A DNA stretch of 64,000 nt. It comes from an uncultured Sulfurospirillum sp. GTDB lineage: Bacteria > Campylobacterota > Campylobacteria > Campylobacterales > QNZT01. The DNA lies in contig CAZNIT010000041.1 of the NCBI GenBank assembly GCA_964573205.1, forward strand, positions 422 through 64,421, read 5' to 3'. Positions 58,031 to 64,000 of this stretch are shown here, one piece after another. The position numbers and the translations under genes were made by a program. Below the pieces are notes generated by a model. That model did not search any database and was not told the DNA's origin. It saw only the letters and a program-made list of their open reading frames with translations. Numbering within the stretch: the stretch's first letter is position 1; every line of letters starts with the position of its first letter.

Positions 58031-59302
58031 TTATTTTAGAATTTTTATCGACTCTTTGAGAGAATCGAAAAAATATCTTATTTCGTCGAAAGTATGGGTA
58101 TAATGTAACGCTATTCTAATCCAGCCCGGTTTATATGAAAAACTCTGATTCTCCTCCAAACCGAGCAGATCATGACCGTACGGTCCGGCACAGCTACAAC
58201 CTGCTCTTGTCTGAATGCCGTACTTCTCGGAGAGAATTTGCGCTAATTTATACGGATCTATACCTCTGATGTTAAAAGAGAAAATCGCCAATTTCTTATG
58301 CCCCTGAGAACAGTAAAGTTCGATATCTTCAATTTTTTCGGACTCTTCTTTAAAAAGAAGCTTTAAACTCTCTTCTTTCGACTTGATGAATTCAAGACCT
58401 ATTTCGTTTCTAAGCTCGTACGCCAAAGATGCTTTTACAAACTGGATGATTCCCGGCGTTCCAGCATCTTCGATACTTTCGATATCTTCTTTAAAAGTAT
58501 GTGAATATCTCGAAACATACGAAACCGTTCCTCCACCGGCAAAAGTAGGTACCTCATGACATTCGCAAAGACCTTTTCTAATGACCAGTAAACCGCAGCT
58601 GCCGGGTCCTCCGACAAGTTTATGCGGCGAAAGAAACATCGCGTCGTAAAAAGAAGAATCGATATTCATATACGGCGATGAAGCTGCCGCATCGAAACAA
58701 ACGGTAGCGTCATATTTTTTCATAAGAGTGTAAATTCGTTCGATGGGATTTAAAATTCCCGTTACGTTCGACGCTACCGCGAAACTTCCGAAAATTTCAC
58801 GCCCCGCATTCTCTTTGAGAATTTTTTTCAAATACTCCAAATCTATCGTATCGCCGCTATTTAGAGGAATCCTCTTCACTTCGCAAAGAGCCTCTCTAAA
58901 ACTCACTTCATTGGAGTGATGCTCAAACGGTCCGACTATAACGAGCGGAAGGTCGTTTTTATCGGGTTTGATGCCATATCTTTTCTTTGTCGCCGGAGGA
59001 ATGTAAAGCCCCGTTAACTCTTGAAATTTTTTAATCGCTCCGGTAGCTCCGGTACCACAGGGAATTATATAAAAATCATCGCCGATATCCAACGTTTTTT
59101 TCAAGGATTCTCTAGCTTTGTTATAATATCCGGTAGTTACGGTAGCGTTAAAGCCGACTTCGGAATGCGTATTCGCGTAAGTTTTCAAAAGAGTTAAAAT
59201 CTTTCTCTCTATGGGCATATACCCAAGTCCCGAAGCCGTATAGTCAAGATAGAGAGTACCCTCTTTAAGGATAATGTTCTCTCTTATTTTTTCAATCATC
59301 AT
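58031..59302 (-). CDS. class V aminotransferase / cysteine desulfurase-like PLP enzyme
   Basis: 423 aa. SPHKLVGGPGSCG PLP-lysine motif. 11-nt overlap with cysK. Confidence 0.78.
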   Translation of the reverse strand: MMIEKIRENIILKEGTLYLDYTASGLGYMPIERKILTLLKTYANTHSEVGFNATVTTGYYNKARESLKKTLDIGDDFYIIPCGTGATGAIKKFQELTGLYIPPATKKRYGIKPDKNDLPLVIVGPFEHHSNEVSFREALCEVKRIPLNSGDTIDLEYLKKILKENAGREIFGSFAVASNVTGILNPIERIYTLMKKYDATVCFDAAASSPYMNIDSSFYDAMFLSPHKLVGGPGSCGLLVIRKGLCECHEVPTFAGGGTVSYVSRYSHTFKEDIESIEDAGTPGIIQFVKASLAYELRNEIGLEFIKSKEESLKLLFKEESEKIEDIELYCSQGHKKLAIFSFNIRGIDPYKLAQILSEKYGIQTRAGCSCAGPYGHDLLGLEENQSFSYKPGWIRIALHYTHTFDEIRYFFDSLKESIKILK

Positions 59303-60215
59303 ACAACCCGGAACTAAGATATCTCTCGCCCGTGTCGCAAAGTACCGTTACTATCGTTTTTCCTCTATTCTCTTCCCTTAAAGCCACTTCATTCGCCGCA
59401 AATACGTTTGCGCCCGATGAAATCCCGACGATCAAACCTTCGTTTTTAGCCAAAGCTCTCGATGTGGCGACCGCATCTTCGTAACTCACTTGCAAAACTT
59501 CGTCGTAAACCTCGGTATCGAGCACTTCCGGTACGAATCCTGCGCCGATTCCTTGGATTTTATGAGGACCGGGCGCCCCTCCGGAGAGTACGGGCGAGAG
59601 ATCCGGTTCGACCGCAATTATTCGAATGTCCGGATTGTGTTCTTTCAACACTTCACCGACACCGGTAACGCTGCCGCCCGTTCCGACTGCCGCGATAAAA
59701 ATATCTATTTTACCGTCCGTATCTCTTAATATCTCTTGAGCCGTCGTCTCCCTATGTATCGCGGGATTATCGAGATTTGCGAACTGTTGAGGTATAAAAG
59801 CCTTTTCATCCTCTTTCGCCAGTTCGAAAGCTTTATCCACAGCCCCCTTCATCCCCTTCTGAGGCTCGGTCAAAACCAAACTAGCACCTAGTGCGCTTAA
59901 AAGCTTTCTTCTCTCCATGCTCATAGAACTAGGCATCGTGAGAGTCAGTTTGAGTCCCAGTCCCGCACAAACCATCGCTAAAGCTATACCGGTATTTCCG
60001 CTGGTAGGCTCGATGATGTGACTATCGGATGTGATATCCCCTCTTTTTAACGCCTCTTTTATCATGTTATACCCGATTCTATCTTTTACGGAATGGGACG
60101 GATTTAAAAATTCACATTTACCAAGTACGGTCGAACCCGATATGTTAGAGATGGAGTTTAACTTGACAAGCGGCGTATTTCCGATAAGTTCCGTTACGTT
60201 TTGTGCATAATTCAT
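59292..60215 (-). CDS. cysK: cysteine synthase A (O-acetylserine sulfhydrylase)
   Basis: 307 aa. PLP lysine in SVKDRIG, TSGNTG and GTGGSVTG loops. Confidence 0.92.
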   Translation of the reverse strand: MNYAQNVTELIGNTPLVKLNSISNISGSTVLGKCEFLNPSHSVKDRIGYNMIKEALKRGDITSDSHIIEPTSGNTGIALAMVCAGLGLKLTLTMPSSMSMERRKLLSALGASLVLTEPQKGMKGAVDKAFELAKEDEKAFIPQQFANLDNPAIHRETTAQEILRDTDGKIDIFIAAVGTGGSVTGVGEVLKEHNPDIRIIAVEPDLSPVLSGGAPGPHKIQGIGAGFVPEVLDTEVYDEVLQVSYEDAVATSRALAKNEGLIVGISSGANVFAANEVALREENRGKTIVTVLCDTGERYLSSGLYDD

Positions 60216-60239
60216 CTTGCTCTCCTAATCATGTTTATA

Positions 60240-60653
60240 TTATATAGAGTAGCAGATATGTTCTGCCACTTTCTGCTGATATTTTGACAACTCCTCAAGA
60301 GTCATATCGAAAATCGACTCGAGTTTTTTGGTGCAATCGTCATAAAACAGAGCCAAGGCCGGATTGTTCGTCGTAGTCTCCACGATCAAAAGATCTCCTT
60401 CAAGAGCTTCGAAAACTTCTCTAACGGTTATATCCGTAGCACTTCTGGCAAGAAGATAACCGCCATGTGCTCCTCTGGTGCTTTTTACGATTCCCGCTTT
60501 TCGAAGAGTTCCCAAAAGCTGTTCGAGATAATTTTGAGGTATGTCGGCATTAGCCGAAATCTCCTTTATCTGTACGGGTTTTTGACTTTTTTGTTTATGA
60601 AGCTCGAACATCGCCGCAAGTCCGTACATACCTTTTGATGAGATAAGCGCCAT
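60240..60653 (-). CDS. Rrf2-family transcriptional regulator (CymR-like, no Fe-S cysteine triad)
   Basis: 137 aa. N-terminal winged helix (SSKGMYGLAAMFEL...IPQNYLEQLL). Only two Cys residues, so the IscR/NsrR-type 3-Cys cluster site is absent. Confidence 0.85.
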   Translation of the reverse strand: MALISSKGMYGLAAMFELHKQKSQKPVQIKEISANADIPQNYLEQLLGTLRKAGIVKSTRGAHGGYLLARSATDITVREVFEALEGDLLIVETTTNNPALALFYDDCTKKLESIFDMTLEELSKYQQKVAEHICYSI

Positions 60654-60654
60654 T

Positions 60655-61920
60655 TTAAGATCCTAACGCGTTCTTTAGATCGTCTATCAAGTCTTTAGTA
60701 CTCTCAAGACCGATACTGAGTCTAATTAGACCGGGTGTAATTCCCGACTCCAAAAGCTCTTTTTGAGGAACTTGCATATGCGTCGTACTCGCCGGATGAG
60801 TGATGATCGATTTCGAATCACCGATATTGACGACAACGCTGAAAATCTTCGTACTATTGAGTATCTCTTTAGCATAGTCGAAATCTTCGACTTCAAAACT
60901 TAAAAGCCCGCTACATAACCCGTCCTTGAAATATTCCTGCGATTTTTTATAATAGGGATCGCTTTTTAGTCCCGGATAGTTGACTTTTTTAACTTTCGGA
61001 TGAGATTCTAAAAATTTGGCAACCTTCAAAGCGCTTTGACTGTGCTGTTTTATGCGAATCGCCAATGTCTCCAAGCCTTGAATGAAAAGCCACGAGTTAA
61101 AAGGCGCGGGAGCCGCTCCTATATCGCGCAAAAGCGAGAGTCTGGCTCTAAGCGTATAGATCGCGAAAGGAAGATCAGCATAAACCAAACCATGATAACT
61201 CTCGTCCGGCTCGTTAAAATGAGGATATCTTTCATTACCGATCAACTTTTCGTTAAGTCCCGTTCTCTCCACTATCAAGCCGCCTATGGCGAGTCCTTGC
61301 CCCGTAATATATTTGCTCGCGCTATGTACAACCACATCGATACCCTTTGTAAGAGGGTTGAAAAGTATAGGAGTCGCAACCGTATTGTCGCAAATGGTTA
61401 CGACACCTTTTTTATTAGCGATCTTCGCGATCTTTTCTACATCAGCTACCGCGATATTCGGATTTGACAGAGATTCGAAAAATATCGCTTTCGTGTTGTC
61501 GTCTATCAACTCTTCCAAATCGTCCGCATTGTCGCTGTCAAAAAGTTTAGCCGTAATTGCAAATCTTTTTAAGGTATGAGTCAAAAGAGTCGTAGCTCCG
61601 CCGTAAATCTTTTTAGCTACTATTATATTGTCTCCGGCTTCGGCTAGATTCGCCACCGCATAAAAAATTGAAGACTGTCCGCTTGAAACCGCCAAAGCGG
61701 CTTCTCCTTTTTCCAAAGCGGCCACTCTATTTTCAAATATTTCGGTCGTCGGATTGTTTAATCTGGTATATATCGGACCCAGCTCTTTTAGCGCGAAAAG
61801 ATTCGCCGCTCTTTGTGCCGTTTTAAAATCGTACGCCGTAGTCTGGTATAACGGAACGGCCATAGTTCCGAGACCTTCTTGATCGTAGCCGTGGTGAAGT
61901 GCAAGTGTCTGTTTTGTCAT
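60655..61920 (-). CDS. metY: O-acetylhomoserine (thiol)-lyase / sulfhydrylase
   Basis: 421 aa. Cys/Met-metabolism PLP family. HSASKYITGQG lysine motif. 1-nt gap to the rrf2 gene. Confidence 0.88.
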   Translation of the reverse strand: MTKQTLALHHGYDQEGLGTMAVPLYQTTAYDFKTAQRAANLFALKELGPIYTRLNNPTTEIFENRVAALEKGEAALAVSSGQSSIFYAVANLAEAGDNIIVAKKIYGGATTLLTHTLKRFAITAKLFDSDNADDLEELIDDNTKAIFFESLSNPNIAVADVEKIAKIANKKGVVTICDNTVATPILFNPLTKGIDVVVHSASKYITGQGLAIGGLIVERTGLNEKLIGNERYPHFNEPDESYHGLVYADLPFAIYTLRARLSLLRDIGAAPAPFNSWLFIQGLETLAIRIKQHSQSALKVAKFLESHPKVKKVNYPGLKSDPYYKKSQEYFKDGLCSGLLSFEVEDFDYAKEILNSTKIFSVVVNIGDSKSIITHPASTTHMQVPQKELLESGITPGLIRLSIGLESTKDLIDDLKNALGS

Positions 61921-62020
61921 GAATAACGCCCTTTTATTTTGAATTTTGAAGAATTATACATTAAAAAGGAGTTATTGTCAAGTAATCTTATCGGAATAAT
62001 ATGAATTAAGCGGTGAACAT

Positions 62021-62048
62021 ATCATGAGGCCGAACCCAACCTCATGAT
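62021..62048 (-). terminator. stem-loop downstream of lipoprotein gene
   Basis: 9-bp stem ATCATGAGG/CCTCATGAT with a 10-nt loop. No T-run follows, so this is weak as an intrinsic terminator. Confidence 0.35.
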
Positions 62049-62055
62049 TACTGTC

Positions 62056-63000
62056 TTATTTCTTAAATTTCGACCCCTCGATGATAACCGCATACGAATA
62101 ACCGTATCCGAAATCGATATTTGTCTTTAAAGTACCTGTAGCCGTAACTTCGTCTCCTTCGACGGCAGTATCGTCAGGCGATGTAAAAACCAGATCGTTC
62201 GTTCCGGAACTTCCAGTACCGTCTTGAATATGAATCCAGTTTCTATCCATAATTCCTTCCGAGACTTTTACCACTTTACCCTTGACGCTTATTATCGTAT
62301 TGTTAAGATCGTTCGCTTGCGCATAGATCTGCTCGACGGTAAATAGTTTCAACGCCGTATCTTCAGAAGAGCTTTTCTCTTGAGTTTTAGCCGCATCCTC
62401 TTTTTGCTGCGATACGTCTGTCACGACGGGTTGAGTGCCGTTTTCCTCTTTTTTTAGGGCTTTAGGTTTTTCTTGAATCTCTTTTTTCTCGATTTTTTTG
62501 ACCTCGGAAGCTTTGGACTCCAAAGAACTTGCGAACATAACCGCATCGAACGTACGACCCAAAGTTTTACTTGTAAAATTTTTCATCCACATCTGCTCAT
62601 TAAAAGTAACTTCACCGCCTATCTCTACCTCAGCCTGTGGAGCCGCCATCCAGTACTCTTTATCACCCTCTTTCACTTTTACATAGACATAGGGAGCAGC
62701 TTTTAAAACCTCAACGGCTATCGCCGTATGAGGCGTACCTTTTGTCTTGCTTACGGGCATAGGATGAGGTATCTTTTTTTGATTTTTTTGTGTTTCTTCC
62801 ATCCGGGCGGTCGCATCTTTTGCACCGTGAGTATCGATTTCATCCTTTTTTTGAGTCTCTTCTTTTACCGTTTTTGCGACAGGTTCCGTACTTTGTTGTT
62901 TGATTTCCTTGACGGTCGTCGTACCTTTATCCTCACAACCGGTTAATACGAATAGTGAAGCGATCAATAATAAACTTGCATGTTTTTTAGATAGTTTCAT
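62056..63000 (-). CDS. hypothetical lipoprotein with Lys/Glu-rich linkers and two beta-rich (OB-like) modules
   Basis: 314 aa. Lipobox LTGC. No confident domain assignment. Confidence 0.55.
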   Translation of the reverse strand: MKLSKKHASLLLIASLFVLTGCEDKGTTTVKEIKQQSTEPVAKTVKEETQKKDEIDTHGAKDATARMEETQKNQKKIPHPMPVSKTKGTPHTAIAVEVLKAAPYVYVKVKEGDKEYWMAAPQAEVEIGGEVTFNEQMWMKNFTSKTLGRTFDAVMFASSLESKASEVKKIEKKEIQEKPKALKKEENGTQPVVTDVSQQKEDAAKTQEKSSSEDTALKLFTVEQIYAQANDLNNTIISVKGKVVKVSEGIMDRNWIHIQDGTGSSGTNDLVFTSPDDTAVEGDEVTATGTLKTNIDFGYGYSYAVIIEGSKFKK

Positions 63001-63318
63001 TAGTTTCCTTTTTTTAATTTTTTATCTGTTAAATTCTTTCGAATGGAGAATATTCTACACTTTAGTTCCTCAATTTCATCTAAAATCTATTTCACGACTT
63101 ATTTTTTTCAGTAATATAAGTTCCTTTTTTAAATATAAGGGAATAAAAGTCGATTTACGATTATAAACGATATCGTTTCGATTCGTCTCGAAGATAAAAA
63201 GATATAAAAAGTTCAAATAATTTGATTTCTTTATTTTAATGATAAAGTTGTATTAAGTAGTTTTTGATATTATATTTTAATAGAGAGAAATAATTTAAAA
63301 AGGGAGTAATTATATTTT

Positions 63319-63672
63319 ATGAGTAAACTAATAAAATTTTCGACATTTATACTGTTGGTTCTATCCGCGACACTTTTCGCTCGAGACTCTTTTAAGATGC
63401 AAAACGATCTTGACGGCGGAGATATATTCGACTCCAAAGGATGTACGGTTTGTCATGATGTTAAGATGGAGAGAATCGCTCCGTCGCTACAATATATATC
63501 GACCATATATCAAAGGGACGAAAATGCCTTGGTATCGTTCTTAAAAGGCGAAAGAAGTGCGATAGTATATCCTGAAAACGCGTCCACGATGCAGCCCCAA
63601 CTATTGAAACTAAAAAGCTTGTACGATGACGAGATAAGAGCATTGGCCAGATATATAATTCAAAGTGACTAA
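63319..63672 (+). CDS. small monohaem cytochrome c
   Basis: 117 aa. Signal peptide, single CTVCH, and a distal Met candidate (STMQPQ). Confidence 0.72.
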   Translation: MSKLIKFSTFILLVLSATLFARDSFKMQNDLDGGDIFDSKGCTVCHDVKMERIAPSLQYISTIYQRDENALVSFLKGERSAIVYPENASTMQPQLLKLKSLYDDEIRALARYIIQSD

Positions 63673-63716
63673 TATCGTATATCGGATCTGATATGTGAGA
63701 AAATGCTGAATCTCAG

Positions 63717-64000
63717 ATGATAAAAAAACTGTTTATATTTTCCGGCGTCATTATCATAACGGGACTTTTGATTTTGATTTTAAACACCGTTGAGAAGAGA
63801 GATCAACAAAGAGAGATCAAAATCTATGAAAATATAGACAAAATTCTCACATCCGTAATCGACTCGGAAAAAACCTCTCTACTCTCTTTGGCTATCGCGT
63901 TTAGCAAAAGCAGATCCATTCAGGACGTGGTTTTGGACAATAACGCCAGAATGGGATACAATGTCCTTCGCACTAGTACTTCGATGTTAAAAAGACATAC
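63717..64000 (+). CDS. N-terminal fragment of a membrane-anchored protein, possibly a sensor (runs off the right edge)
   Basis: My own translation from ATG 63717 gives MIKKLFIFSGVIIITGLLILILNTVEKRDQQREIKIYENIDKILTSVIDSEKTSLLSLAIAFSK... It stays open to the end of the window. It has one TM helix followed by an extracytoplasmic-looking domain. Function is not determinable. Confidence 0.5.
   Translation, partial: MIKKLFIFSGVIIITGLLILILNTVEKRDQQREIKIYENIDKILTSVIDSEKTSLLSLAIAFSKSRSIQDVVLDNNARMGYNVLRTSTSMLKRH

Noticed and set aside
62900-63166. 88-aa + strand ORF in the 318-bp AT-rich spacer between the lipoprotein gene and the cytochrome c gene
   Set aside because: It overlaps the 5' end of the minus-strand lipoprotein gene. 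It is Phe/Leu/Ser/Ile-rich as expected from AT-rich non-coding DNA, and it has no RBS.

Overview
The window is low-GC and densely coding (about 70 protein genes and one tRNA). It looks like chromosomal DNA from a member of the Campylobacterota (epsilonproteobacteria). The evidence is gene order: cvpA-fur-lysS-glyA-DUF1882-SPOR-(trpE)-aroE matches the Campylobacter jejuni Cj0399-Cj0405 region as I recall it. A zinc-ribbon/NIF3 pair and a bactofilin/M23 pair match Helicobacter pylori HP0958/HP0959 and ccmA/csd. I cannot determine genus or species.

Positions 1-28.8 kb and 33.9-39.8 kb are core housekeeping genes: the rfbBDCA dTDP-rhamnose genes, hisG, coaX, a Xer-type recombinase, gatC, pilT, fur, lysS, glyA, trpE, aroE, recR, waaA, glyQ, purE, glnA, prs and lepA. 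Many of these have overlapping start and stop codons. Positions 58.0-61.9 kb hold a sulfur amino-acid cluster (metY, an Rrf2 regulator, cysK, a class V aminotransferase).

Accessory-looking content sits in three places:
- 29.0-34.0 kb: a TSP3-motif outer membrane protein, a periplasmic EF-hand protein, a peptidoglycan-binding protein, and an 796-aa FtsK/HerA-type ATPase coupled to a small SAM methyltransferase.
- 40.0-44.3 kb: two tandem cadherin-repeat/DUF1566 lipoproteins and a FemAB-like transferase.
- 44.4-57.9 kb, downstream of tRNA-Asn: a region with 31 haem-binding motifs in six genes, including an operon of a 12-haem lipoprotein, an 8-haem cytochrome and two Sel1-repeat proteins. It also carries a membrane-fused spermidine-synthase-like protein, a secreted 11-repeat ankyrin protein and several orphan lipoproteins.

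My best candidate for an undescribed system is the multihaem cytochrome/Sel1 operon. After it come the orphan ATPase-methyltransferase pair and a catalytically dead peptide-deformylase homologue fused to a membrane domain. None of these can be assigned a function from sequence alone.

I saw no CRISPR array, transposase, phage gene, reverse transcriptase or recognisable defence nuclease. All calls rest on reading the supplied translations and the DNA by eye. No database search or composition statistics were run.
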